A stretch of DNA of 64,000 nt from Octopus sinensis (GCF_006345805.1 NC_042998.1:154132001-154196000), one strand, 5' to 3'; shown: positions 1 through 11,663, counted from the first letter of the stretch. Program-made: numbers and translations. The notes: generated by a model not told the origin, from the sequence alone.

Positions 1-230
1 TGACCTAAAGGAATCAAAGTTTGGATATATGTGAATATGGATTATGATTATGTCAAAAAATTAGATCTGCTTTTAATATACATTCATGCAAACTCTGGAT
101 GGCAAGAGGTAATAAGCATTAACAATACAGAAGCAGAAATAGTTAGGCAGATATTGAGAACTGTATTTTTCAGAAATGGTGTTCCAGAAACATTATTGCA
201 CAGTTTTTCACTCAAGAAAACTTCTTAAGC
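1..230 (+). pseudogene. Decayed LTR-retrotransposon (Gypsy-like) integrase core fragment
   Basis: ORF 31-228 reads ...LLLIYIHANSGWQEVISINNTEAEIVRQILRTVFFRNGVPETL, matching the integrase pattern LvvvDxxSxWpEv...Lr.iF.r.GvPe.l; catalytic D residues appear lost. Confidence 0.45.
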
Positions 231-738
231 CACTGGCTTTATGAATAGACAAATATAGTGACTGGTAAGAATGTCTTACGAAACTACTACTCAAATTTAG
301 TATCACTGTGAAGAAAATGTCAAACCACAACTGGATTTTCATTCCAAGCAAGAAATAATAATACAATTGCAATTTTTAAGGGTGAACACAATATCCTTCA
401 GATCAAATAAGCTATGATATAAATATGCAGAATTATCCCCTCAAGCTTTAAATGTTATTTAGATAACTTACTAAAAATTGTGATTTGATAATTGATACAG
501 AATCAAGCAATACAAATAGTATTAGATATAGTTCTCAAAAAGCAAAAGGAATTAAACCAATTCCTCTTTATTTGAATTGTACCTGTCTTTAGATTTGTGT
601 TTGACTATCTGTACTTCATAAATCCACTTTCAATATTGGTTTACTTTCTTCAAAAAGATTATGTAAAACAAAATAAGTGAATAAAAAATATTTTTGTTAT
701 AAGATATTCCACAGGATGATTTTCTTTTTTCTTTTAAG

Positions 739-811
739 GAGAGTGCCAGATGGTTGTGCTTCAAAAAGTCCAGCTGAGAAAGGAGCTTCACCTTCTTATG
801 TACCAACTATG
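739..811 (+). CDS. SH3BP2: Internal coding exon of an SH3BP2/3BP2-like SH2 adaptor ([x]RVPDGCASKSPAEKGASPSYVPTM)
   Basis: Polypyrimidine acceptor tttctttttt cttttaag at 721-738; donor gtttgt at 812; 73 nt, phase 2 to phase 0; joins the next exon in frame; contains the (R)RVPDG motif. Confidence 0.6.
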
Positions 812-1398
812 GTTTGTTTTGTTTGTTTGATATTCTTTTTTTGTAAAGATTTCAAAATTAAAATCTAAAATATTGTTTTGAAAAATTAATATATTTATTT
901 TTAGTTCTTGTTGTGCAGCCTTAGGTCATCTCCAGTTGATTAGACATATGACATGTTGTCTGAATGACCAAGTGCAATCCACAGACATGCTAGTTCCCAA
1001 TATATAAATAAGGGTTATCAAAAAATATACTGCACACTCTGACAATCTATGGTTGATTAAATGTTGTACAGTGTTGCCGTCTAAACAATTTGTGCTCTGT
1101 CAACTGTCTAATCTGATTCTCTGTGTCTGTGGTTTTTGATGATAATCACAAAAGAAGCATGTAAGGTGAACTCAGTGTGACGTTGGCAACCACTGCTCCT
1201 CAAAACTTATTACTGGTGCTGTGCATCCTAGCATAATGTTTCTGGTAAATAATACAGTGCATAAGTACTTGGAGAAGTCAGTTCAGCTGATTGTCTTGGT
1301 TTCCTTTATTTACCCCATTAAAGTACTTCTATTATTATCATTACTTTAATGAGCTTCATTATTGTTATTTCATTAAAGAACTGATTTTCTTGTTATAG

Positions 1399-1434
1399 AT
1401 AATATCTGATGAACCTCCAACAACCACCATGAAA
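1399..1434 (+). CDS. SH3BP2: 36-nt coding exon (IISDEPPTTTMK) of the SH3BP2-like gene
   Basis: Acceptor ttttcttgttatag; consensus donor gtaagt at 1435; phase 0-0; open frame continuous with the flanking exons. Confidence 0.6.
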
Positions 1435-1948
1435 GTAAGTAATTTATTTTGTATAAAGTTTTCTGTTCATTTAAAATCAACCTTTCTATGATCCTCCATT
1501 CAGTACTGTGTTGTGATTTTATATGTGTATATATCTCTATATATATAAAACTGAGAATGTGTCTGTCTGTCTGTGTGTTTCCCTAAAACTTGAGAACTAC
1601 ACAACCAATTTCATTCAAATTTTACACATGCCTTACTTAAGGTCCGGGGAGTGTCATCGAAAAAAAATTTTTAACTTTTTCCCTAGGGCGACCCTACATC
1701 AATATCATATCTTCTCCACTATTTCAGTATTACGTGTTAAAAGTGAAACAAAAACATCTCTCTATTGTGATGCAGACACTTTCACTTTAATACTGAAACT
1801 ATTAAAGTGAAAGTATTATATAACAGGGATGAACCATTAACAGTGGTCATCCATTTTGCTAGAAGAAGATCCGCTATGGTCTTATATGCTACACCACTGG
1901 TTTTCAATTCATATTAATCAAACTAATATTCAATTTTTCACCCTTATT

Positions 1949-1981
<33 letters not shown>

Positions 1982-2552
1982 TAGCAATTCGTATAAAATT
2001 GCATCAATGACTTGAACTTGAATAAGTGGTTTCACATAAATGGGGATAAATTAAAAAGGTTTGTTGTTATTATTATTACTGTTTGACTATTGTAATCACA
2101 TTTGTTGGTTCCTCGTCAGGGAAACGTTGTTGTGTTGCATTTGTTAAATAATTGTAAACCGTAACCATCCCCCTTTTGGAGAATGGGCTTTGGTTATTGT
2201 TTAAAAATTGAATTGTGTCCCTGTTTGGGGAAATTGACAATATTTTCACCGTCTTTACGGAAGCATTTTTGTTAAAATGCCTTCGATAGAAGAAAGTCCA
2301 AAAAGGAATTTCGCTGCAGCCGTACACTTCTATACAAGAGGGAGGACAAGATACAATTGATCGAAATTGCAAGAGACGAACCTACAATTCCAGTCTGTTA
2401 TATATTTTGAGTATTGTTATCACTAGCGATATCAAGATATAACTTTGTATTTTGTATTTTATGTGTAGATGTATATATATAGATGTACATGTAATATGTA
2501 CACATATATAGATGCATAATATATCTACCCATACACACATACACACACACAT

Positions 2553-2700
2553 AGGGGAAAGTGTGACTGTGTGGTAACAAACTACGTTCCAAACACATGG
2601 TCCTGGGTTCAGTCCCACTGTATGGTGACTTGGCATGTGTCTTCTGCTGTAGCCTCAGACCAACAAAAGCCTTCTCAGTGGATTTTGTACATATATACAG
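2553..2700 (+). mobile_element. 5' part of a tRNA-derived SINE within the Helitron span
   Basis: A-box-like tgactgtgtgg and B-box-like ggttcagtccc; homologous to the full SINE copies at 43555-43938 etc. Confidence 0.7.
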
Positions 2701-3059
2701 GCATACATACATATATATACACGCATACGTACATATTCAGCATAAACACTCTACCACTACAACTAATAACTGTTGGGAACACTTTCAAACCTGCCTTACA
2801 TTCGAACCAGAATCTCAAAAACATTGTCGCCTTACATCTCATTCTCATTTCATTACCAACACAGGGAAATAAAACTTACTTCTCACTACGGGACAATGGA
2901 TGATGGTAACAGATATTTACCACATGCTACCTTATCAAGTGAAGTATATTGTCATCCACTTCACCTCTAACCTTCATAGCGTACAGACAATTCAAACGAC
3001 CCACATCACTATACCACCACTGATACCTTCCAGACCAGCTGCAGGCCTACAGAACTATT

Positions 3060-4240
3060 CTTAACAGTGTACGCCAACGCGAGGGACGAATCTTCTTCCT
3101 CGATGCTCCTGGAGGGACAGGAAAAACATTTATTACAAAGCTTCTCCTTGCAGAAGTTAGGCAGCATCAGGACATTGCAGTAGCTGTAGCCTCCTCTGGC
3201 ACTGCAGCTACTTTGTCACCCAGTGGCAGGACAGCACACTCAACTTTTAAACTCCCTCTCAATTTAGCAGCATCCGAAATGCCTTCATGCAACATCAACA
3301 AAAGCTCAGATCAGGGACAAGTACTTAAAATGTGTCATCTAATTGTCTGGGATGAGTGAACTATGACTCACAAGGGAGCTTTGGAAGCATTAGATAGAGC
3401 CCTGAAAGACATCTGAGACTGTCAGGCTCCAATGTGAGGTGTAACGCTTCTGTTGTCAGGTGATTTCAGGCAAACTCTTCCTGTCATTCCGAAAGGCACT
3501 AGAGCAGATGAAGTCCAAGCATGCCTAAAGTCCTCTACCCTGTGGTATCATGTTACAATTTACAGTCTCACCACTAAAATGAGAGCTCAGCTACACGGTG
3601 ACAAAATGTCCACAAAGTTTGCACAGGACATTTTGACACTTGGTGAAGGCAAGATGCCTCTCAATGCTGCAGGACAAATGGAAGTGTGGTCATTTTCCTC
3701 TGTTGTTAATTCTGTAGATGACCTCAAAAACAAAGTCTTTCCCAACTTCACACAAAACTACCAAAATCACAATTGGCTGTGTGAAAGAGCAATATTAGCT
3801 CCAAAAAACGTCGCTGTTAACAAAATTAATCAACAGCTAATGCATTCTCTTCCCGGCACTATACACACTTACAAGTCTGTTGATACAATTCCAGATATAA
3901 ATGAAGTTGTGAACTATCCTCCTGAATTTCTCAATTCACTGGAGCTTCCGGAAAAGGTGATGATGTCTTTATTCCAAGAATTCCTCTTACTTCATCAGGA
4001 ACAGAAATTCCATTTACATTCAGAAGACTGCAATTCCCTCTTCGTGTCAGCTTTGCCATGTCCATTAACAAATCTCAGGGTCAAACCCTCTCTGTACCTG
4101 GTCTTCTCTTGGAAGAGCCCTGCTTCTCGCATGGGCAACTGTATGTTGGCTGCTCAAGAGTAGGAACCAAAAGAAACCTTTTTGTATATGCTCCACAAGG
4201 AAAAACAAGGAACATTGTTTACAACGAGGTGTTATAATCT
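3060..4240 (+). pseudogene. Helitron RepHel helicase domain pseudogene
   Basis: IFFLDAPGGTGKTF (Walker A), AVASSGTAATL, GRTAHSTFKLPL, GDFRQTLPVIPKG, WLCERAILAPKN; in-frame stops near 3357-3440. Confidence 0.9.
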
Positions 4241-4443
4241 TAACAGCCAGGAGATATATACATGATCCCCTTTTTTTTAACAAACTTCATGTACTTTCAT
4301 GTATTTATATTAATATACATATATAGGTGTGTATGTGTGTGTGTGTATCAATATATATATAACGGAAAAGTCTAATTCTTCAATTGAATGTAACTGGACA
4401 ACACCGGGTATCTCTGCTAGTATTATATATATTTATATTTGTA

Positions 4444-5727
4444 TTGGGTTGTCCGGAAAGTTTGTGCCAATTTTTAAAGGAAAGTAAAAGGTCAATAAAT
4501 ACTTGCCATTACATTTTTAATCAATCAAATATGAACCATTTTGTTGCACAATGCGTCTCCATCTTTCCTTTAACTTGAAAATACCCTCTTCTCAGAATTG
4601 AGGTGGTTTCATGGCAAATAATTCATCGAGGTATCTTTTTACATCATCCAAGTAATTGAAATTTTTACCATTAAGACTATTCTGCAGAGACCTGAATAAG
4701 TGGAAATCCGAAGGAGCAATATCTGGTGAATATGGAGGGTAGGGTAACACATCCCAGTTAAGCTGTAGCATTTTTGCCTGGTTCCCAAAGAAATATGCAG
4801 TCTTGCATTATCATGTTGGAAAACAACACCCTTCCTGTTGGCCAATTCTGGACGTTTCTCTTGAATTGCTGCTTTTAACTCATCCAGCTGTGTGCAATAT
4901 TTCTCAGAATTAATTGTCTGGTTACTTGGGAGAAGCTCACAGTACAGAATTCCTTTCCAATCCCACCAGACACAAAGCAAGACTTTTTTAGGGTGAAGAC
5001 CCGCTTTTGAAGTGGCTAAGGGTGGCTCATATCACTTACTCCAGGATCGCTTTCTCTGAACATTTTGGTAGATAATCCATTTCTCATCACCTGTCACAGC
5101 TATTTTTAAAAAAGGTGCGTTTTTATTCCATTTATAAAGTGAATCACAGATGGAAATGTGATCCAAAAGGTTCTTCTCACTCAACTCATGTGATAGCCAA
5201 ACATCGTAGCGATTTGTATACCCAAGCTTTACTAGGTGCTCATGAATGACGAATTTTGATACGTTGAGTCTTTCTGCCAATTCTCAGGTTGTGCAATATG
5301 GGTTATTCTCAATTAATGACTTGATTTGGTAATCATCTGTAGTGCATGGTCTGTCTGATCGCTCTTAATCAATAAGGCTACGATCTCCACCTCGGAACCT
5401 TGTGAACCACTTCCATACAGTTCTTTCGGATAAAGAAACATCACCGTAAACTGCGCATATTTATTTGGCTGCTTGTGAAGCATTTTTCCCTTTATGGAAA
5501 AAGAAAAGCATCAAGTGCCAAAAATGAACTTTCTTATCTTCCATTTTAAAGGGTTACAGAATTAACACAGGTTATAGGAACACAAACCTTCTTCCATAAA
5601 AAGATAGCTTAAACTGTGTTCTATAATGGAGGTGTAGTCAAATCCTATTTCATGGACTCAACCATGTTCTAAAATAAGTCGAAAGGTAAGCTACTATAAA
5701 TCGGCAAGAACTTTCTAGACAACCCAA
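4444..5727 (-). mobile_element. Mariner (DD34D) DNA transposon, full length, defective transposase
   Basis: TIRs TTGGGTTGTCCGGAAAGTTTGTGCC / reverse complement at 5701-5727; TA at 4442-4443; 1284 bp; motifs VTGDEKW, QHDNAR, YSPDIAPSDFHLFRS split by frameshifts. Confidence 0.95.
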
Positions 5728-5764
5728 GATTATAGATATATCTATCTATATATAACTGCGGAAT

Positions 5765-7070
5765 CTGTGTCATCTTGAAAGAAGGATCAGAATTTATACT
5801 GGAACAAGGCCACCAGTTCACCATTAGAACAAACTTCACCTGCGCATCAGAAAACTTAATTTACGTCATAACATGCGCAGGCTGCAATAGGCAGTATATA
5901 GGCCATACAAAAAATAGCTTACGTAACAGGATGGCGGTGCATAAATCACAAATTAGAAACCCTGATTACCGCAAAATACCGGTCAGCGGACACATAGATA
6001 GATGTGCTGGAAATGTAAATCCGAAATTTACAACTAACCCGCTTTATAAATTCAGTGACAACGCAACCTTCACACAACGCCAAAATAAAGAACTATACTT
6101 CATAAAAAAATTTAGACCAAGTTTAAACACCCTGGGCCAGGAATACTAAAACAAAAGATAAGTCCTCCGAAAAGGAGAACCAAATTTCACCACGGCCGCT
6201 ACTTCAAACAGACACTCACTCTGACGGAAATATGCCTTAGTAAAAAAGGGAAAAAAATTCTTTCGTGCAAATCTGACCCTGATACATACGATACAGCTAA
6301 GGGTCAGACCCGATTCTGATTGGTCAACAAGTTGATGACGTCTAGCTCTGCTAGAATGGACAGGATACAAACAGGGGACAGTCATTAGTCAGAATATTGA
6401 TGACGTCCTTTTCTGCTTGAATAGTCACCTAACAAGTACAGACAGGGGGCAGATCTAATGTAGCTATAAGTCGTGATTGGGCAGAATCTGGATGACGTCC
6501 CGCTATGCTTGACTAACGAAGCGACTGGTCAAGACAGGAAACAAACAAGAGGGAGTTATAATGCAGCGATTGGTCAAAATAATGATGACGTCCCGTTCCA
6601 CTTGGTTAAAGCCACCTAACAAAACGATTGGTCAAAACATTGATGACGTCACGCTACGCTAGATTGACCACCTAACAGGCATTATAAAACCGAGCATTTC
6701 ACAAAAACTCACTAGAACCACCCAGCGAACTTCCACCATGGGTCATCACAATTGCTTAGGTAAAAATGAATTCCTCGCTCTTTCGGAAACATCAATCTTC
6801 TGTATTGACCGCTTTCCACCACTTTGATCTGTTTTTTGTATTGAATACGTATCGCCACCGTGGGCCACTGCATCGAACACTTTGAACATATACTTCAAAC
6901 TATATATCAACTATACATGAACTATATATCAACTATACATGAACTCTAAGATGTCTGACTCCGTTGTGTATTATAAATGAATTTCTTGTGTTTGACGGCA
7001 TGAGCTGTCTCTTTTTATATATAACTTTTTTTGATAAGGTTCATTTCAGGAACTGAAACATGTTATAATG
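5765..7070 (+). mobile_element. 5'-truncated Penelope-like element: GIY-YIG endonuclease C-terminus plus pseudo-LTR
   Basis: ORF 5775-6149 has NLIYVITCAGCNRQYIGHT...RMAVHKSQI...RQNKELYFIKKFRPSLN (GIY-YIG with CCHH-type residues); long 3' region with promoter motifs, ending in a degenerate hammerhead-like motif at ~7030-7066. Confidence 0.8.
6318..6713 (+). promoter_or_regulatory. Pol II promoter-like array: 5x (inverted CCAAT + N12 + TGACGTC), TATA box, Inr-like
   Basis: GATTGG(N12)TGACGTC at 6318, 6383 (cattag variant), 6475, 6568, 6626 (last with full TGACGTCA); TATAAAA 6683-6689; TCACT 6709-6713. Confidence 0.6.
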
Positions 7071-7130
7071 TATATATAAAAATTAAAAATTGTATAATAC
7101 AGCAGCATTTTCGAACTTCATTTTTTACAA

Positions 7131-7138
<8 letters not shown>

Positions 7139-7194
<56 letters not shown>

Positions 7195-7222
7195 TGTGTG
7201 TGTGTGTGTGTGTTGTGTGTGT
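7139..7222. repeat. (TG)n microsatellite
   Basis: Direct reading. Confidence 0.95.
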
Positions 7223-7615
7223 GATGATGATGATATATATATTTATATTATATATATCTATTATGTAAAATCTGTTCTGTCTGTCTGTGTGTGTGTCTTC
7301 TAGGATCTTGGGCATCCTCCATCCGATTGCGCTCAGATTTGATATGTAGATACTGATGGTATCAGGGCGTGTATAAGTCTTGAAAAAATTACAAAAATCA
7401 ATTCCAGATGAGAATGTGATTGATAATGCCTTCTTTGGAATAGAAAAAAGTCTATCTTTATTTCTTCTTTTGCTGGTGTCTCAAATTTAGTTTAAATCAA
7501 TGTTTCTCAAAGGGGAGGCCTATGGCACGGTCGGGCAAGTTGATTTGAGAAAATTTGACTTAAATGTTTGAGAACTCAGCACTGTCCATTGGACGGGGGG
7601 GGGGGGGGCGTTTTG

Positions 7616-7669
<54 letters not shown>

Positions 7670-7771
7670 GGAGTAATCGCATAAATGGGAAACAAAGCGG
7701 AAAAAAGAGTACTCAAATACCAGTGGTAGAGTAATATGCTTTATTTAAAGCAGCAGAAAATTCAACAAAAT

Positions 7772-7809
7772 CTGTTACTCTGAGTTTCTCGTTGCCGTTC
7801 ATCAGACAG
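7772..7809 (-). ncRNA. Minimal type I hammerhead ribozyme motif in a PLE pseudo-LTR
   Basis: CUGU-CUGAUGA-ACGGCAACGA-GAAA-CUCAGA-GUA-ACAG: stem I CUGU/ACAG, intact core, palindromic stem III ACUC-A-GAGU; stem II only CG/CG with a GCAA loop and an A.A closing mismatch. Confidence 0.65.
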
Positions 7810-10189
7810 TTTTTGCTAGAATGGAACCGATATATCAATTCAATCTAGACTCTTACAAACGCTACACCTTTAAAAAAAATGGACTTGTTTGATTGGCCCT
7901 TTAGAAATAACGGTCAATCTTCGAGCGATAAACAAAAAAAGCTCAAAAATATATGTATATATATATATAAAAATTATAAAAATTATAGAAATTATAAAAT
8001 TCGAGGAAAAAACCTTACATTGAATAAAATACATATTGACGTTAATGAAGAAAATATAATTAATGCATAGAAATTAAAACTTATAAATATTACACTGCAA
8101 TACATATTCATATTAAAGTGTACATATATATATCAACATACACAGAAGGATGTGTGCAAACGCCATACACATACAGACGTATAAATATAAATATAAAATA
8201 TACACACAAATGCATGCATACATATATGTATGCAATCTATCTCGCACGCAAGTTAAAATCATCGATGTAGCGTTTCTCATTTACTGAGTAAAGCTTAAGT
8301 AAGGGGGATGTAAAGTTGTATCAGTATCAGTTAGAGAAAAAAAACGAAAGAAACGAAGAGAGAGAAGAAGGGGGAAGGAAAAAAGAAAAAGGAGGGGTGG
8401 GGAAAAAAACGAAATAAGAAAAATTATGTAACAAACTGTGTAACCGCGTTATTGACATATATGGAGACAAGTATACAAATACACAAGTTCGAATGGATAC
8501 ATACACATACAGTCGTGTATTGTCTTTGAATAAAATGTACAGTTTTTCTAATAGGCAAAGCTTGCATTTAAAATTATTTCTGTGTGCTCCATGCCTGTAT
8601 GGTGCCGCTCTGTCCAGAATGCTCCATGTCACGTTGAAAGGTGGGGTTTCCTTTTCTTTTAGTTCCCAGACATATTTTGCTAGGCTGGTCCTCTTCCTAT
8701 TCTCTGGGTATTTAAATGAATTTTTATGTGAATAAAATCGTGTTTTAAATTAATTTTCTGAAGTCCCTGTGTATGTCTTGTATTCCAATGAGCCTTCTAT
8801 TTGCACTTTGGCTCTATAAACTACTCCTTTCACTAGACATTTCCCTTCTAACGAACAGGAGTTTTCGTTTTTGCAATTGCATTTCTTAATGGGCTCGGCA
8901 CCATGTCTAATCTCAATCAGATTCCTATTATGTTGGCTAATGTAAGAGGCGAAATTTCTGCAACAAGAATAGCTAACCTTCAGGGTTCTTCTATTAAATA
9001 TCCTATAGAATTTATGACCCTGCTTAAAATGCTTAGAGACTAATCTCAAAAATTCCTTACCTATATTAGTCTTTACGGCCAAATTGAAAGCCGGGTTGAA
9101 CCACAAAACTTTCCTGGTCCTAGTTCTTCGTGCAGTATTATTACCAGCATTAAGCTGGTTGTACTGAATCTTCTCAGAGAATCCACTATTCTTTAATGCA
9201 CTATCGTAATAAGGTGCAGCATTATGGAATGCTGCCTCGTCCAAAGAAATTGAAGATATTCTTCTACTTACATTGCTGACTAAGTTCCTAAGGATAACTG
9301 GTGGATGGTTCGAATCTTTGCTAATATACGATAGCTTTTCATTGGGCTTACGGAAAGGTCTAAATCTATCCGACCTTACATTAAAATTTACGTCTAAAAA
9401 ATCTACACTATTCAGGTTAGCATCTATTGTAACCCGTAAGCCCATCCTTTGAAAGAAAGCAATAATGTCCTTCCTAAGTCTATCTGATTCATGGCCGTTT
9501 AGATTATGCGTGGCTATAAGGCCGTCATCCCTATATAAACCTGCATCTATAAATGTTTGTGCTTAAGCACACACATACACAACTGTATGTGTATGTTTGT
9601 GCTTAAGCACACACATACACGACTGTATGTGTATGTATCCATTCGAACTTGTGTATTTGTATACTTGTCTCCATATATGTCAATAACGCTGTTACACAGT
9701 TTGTTACATAATTTTTCTTATTTCGTTTTTTTCCCCACCCCTCCTTTTTCTTTTTTCCTTCCCCCTTCTTCGTTCCTTTTCCTTTCTCTTCCTTTCTTAT
9801 GTTTTTTTTTCTCTAACTGATACTGATACAACTTTACGTCCCCCTTACTTAAGCTTTACTCAGTAAATGAGAAACGCTACAGAGATGATTTTAACTTGCG
9901 TGCGAGATAGATTGCGTACATATATGTATGCATGCATTTGTGTGTATATTTTAGATTTAGATTTATACGTCTGTATATGTATGGCGTTTGCACACATCCT
10001 TCTGTGTATGTTGATATATATATGTACACTTTAATATGAATATGTATTGCAGTGTAATATTTATAATAAGTTTTAATTTCTATGCATTAATTATATTTTC
10101 TTCATTAACGTCAATATGTATCTTATTCAATGTAAGGTTTTTTCCTCGAATTCTATAATTTTTATATATCGGTTCCATTCTAGCAAAAA

Positions 10190-10227
10190 CTGTCTGATGA
10201 ACGGCAACGAGAAACTCAGAGTAACAG
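10190..10227 (+). ncRNA. Minimal type I hammerhead ribozyme motif (inverted copy)
   Basis: Same 38-nt sequence as 7772-7809, on the + strand. Confidence 0.65.
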
Positions 10228-10261
10228 ATTTTGTTGAATTTTCTGCTGCTTTAAATAAAGT

Positions 10262-11380
10262 AGATGTCTCGGGAAAGACACCAATAGCAAGCGGGGTGCC
10301 ACAGGGCACAGTCTTGGGACCCTTGCTGTTTTTGGTGGCGCTCTCTGACATGCCCTTGGTAGCACAAACAAAATCCCTCACTAGCTATGCTGATGACACA
10401 AAGGTAGCACAGGCAATCAAAAAACCCAGCTGATGCTGACCTTTTACAACAAGATCTGGATGCCATATACAAATGGGCTGAAGACAACAATATGCAATTT
10501 AATGCTGGTAAATTTCAAGCCTTACAATATCAAGCTGTAAACACATATACATTACAACACAACTATACTGGTCCAGGAGGGATCGAAATCCCAGTATCGA
10601 AATCAATACGGGACCTGGGGATAGACATGAGTGACGATGCATCTTTTTCTTCACACATCGCGAAGGTGGCGACAATGTGCAGACGACTCACTGGCTGGAT
10701 CCTGAGGACATTCCGGACAAGAGACTGCGAGACCATGTTGACACTATGGAAGACATTTGTCCTAAGCCGCCTGGACTACTGCTCCCAACTGTGGTCACCG
10801 CATAGTGTCAAACTAACCACAGAGCTTGAGACAATCCAAAGACATTTCACCAAGAGGATTTCCACCATGAAAGAAAAGAACTATTGGGAGAGGCTTAGGG
10901 AACTCAATTTGTACTCCTTGGAACGAAGACGAGAGAGATATGCAGTGATATACATATGGAAAATCCTGGAGGGACTAGCACCAAATTTTGGAATTGAGAG
11001 CTGTTCCAATCCCCGTACAGGACGTCACTGTGTGGTGCCAAAGGTCCCGTCTTCCACATCCAGGGTAAGGAGCAGATACTGTAATAGCCTGGGGTTCAGG
11101 GGCCCTCAGCTGTTCAACAAACTGCCAAGAAAACTAAGAGATCTACATGATGCGGATGTGGACATTTTCAAAAAACATCTAGACAAGCTGCTTTCCGGGA
11201 TCCCAGATGAACCCACTGCAAGGTACGAAGGTAACCTAAGGGCAGCAGCTACAAACTCTCTCTTAGATCAGTGGCCAGCCACGGCAAACTGGACTTAGAG
11301 AGGGTAGCAACAAGGGCGGTGCCCCAGCATGGCCTCAGCCGGATGGCTGAAACAAGTAAAAGAGTAAAAGAGTAAAAGAG
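10262..11380 (+). mobile_element. 5'-truncated CR1/L2-group LINE (RT C-terminal half plus 3' tail)
   Basis: SGVPQGTVLGPLLF, SYADDTK, MQFNAGKF, RDLGI, SRLDYCSQLWSP, SLERRRER; 3' stem-loop cagcc-ggat-ggctg and (GTAAAAGA)3 tail. Confidence 0.9.
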
Positions 11381-11441
<61 letters not shown>

Positions 11442-11626
11442 ATTTTTATTTTATCTAGTTTCAGCTCACGAGCTGTGGCCATGCTGGGGCACTGCCATCA
11501 TGTATATATATATTATATATCTATATTTGTATATATATATGTATATATATATGTATATATATATGTATATATATATATATATATAATATATGTTATATAT
11601 TATATATTATATATACTTATTTGTAT

Positions 11627-11663
<37 letters not shown>

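Larger units (their letters stand above)
1534..4420 (+). mobile_element. Helitron (possibly chimeric) carrying a decayed PIF1-type helicase
   Basis: A|TC-TCTATATATATAAAA 5' end at 1534; weak hairpin then CTAG|T at 4417-4421; helicase motifs inside; the 5' ~1 kb is homologous to the Helitron at 17161-18279. Confidence 0.7.
7655..10262 (-). mobile_element. Penelope-like element (Neptune-type) fragment flanked by inverted pseudo-LTR copies
   Basis: Minus frame open ~9555-8750: GLYRDDGL (RT catalytic motif), DFLDVNF, SNHPP, CNC..CSLEGKCL linker, GVVYRA; endonuclease C-terminus 8632-8520; ~7740-8518 is the reverse complement of ~9613-10260, with one internal deletion in the right arm. Confidence 0.9.

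Noticed and set aside
739-811. Alternative open frame ECQMVVLQKVQLRKELHLLMYQL
   Set aside because: Splicing to 1399 gives an immediate TGA.
2076-2372. 98-aa ORF also present at 17378-17650
   Set aside because: Shared only because both lie in the same Helitron family; no recognisable domain, and the copies differ by indels.
6738-6845. 35-aa ORF from the Kozak ATG as a new first exon of the host gene
   Set aside because: The donor at 6760 is phase 1, out of frame with the phase-0 exon at 46529; more likely the PLE's own leader.
7257-7450. Possible further Helitron 5' end (A|TCTATTATGTAAAA...tgtctgtctg)
   Set aside because: No hairpin/CTAG terminus located; too fragmentary to call.
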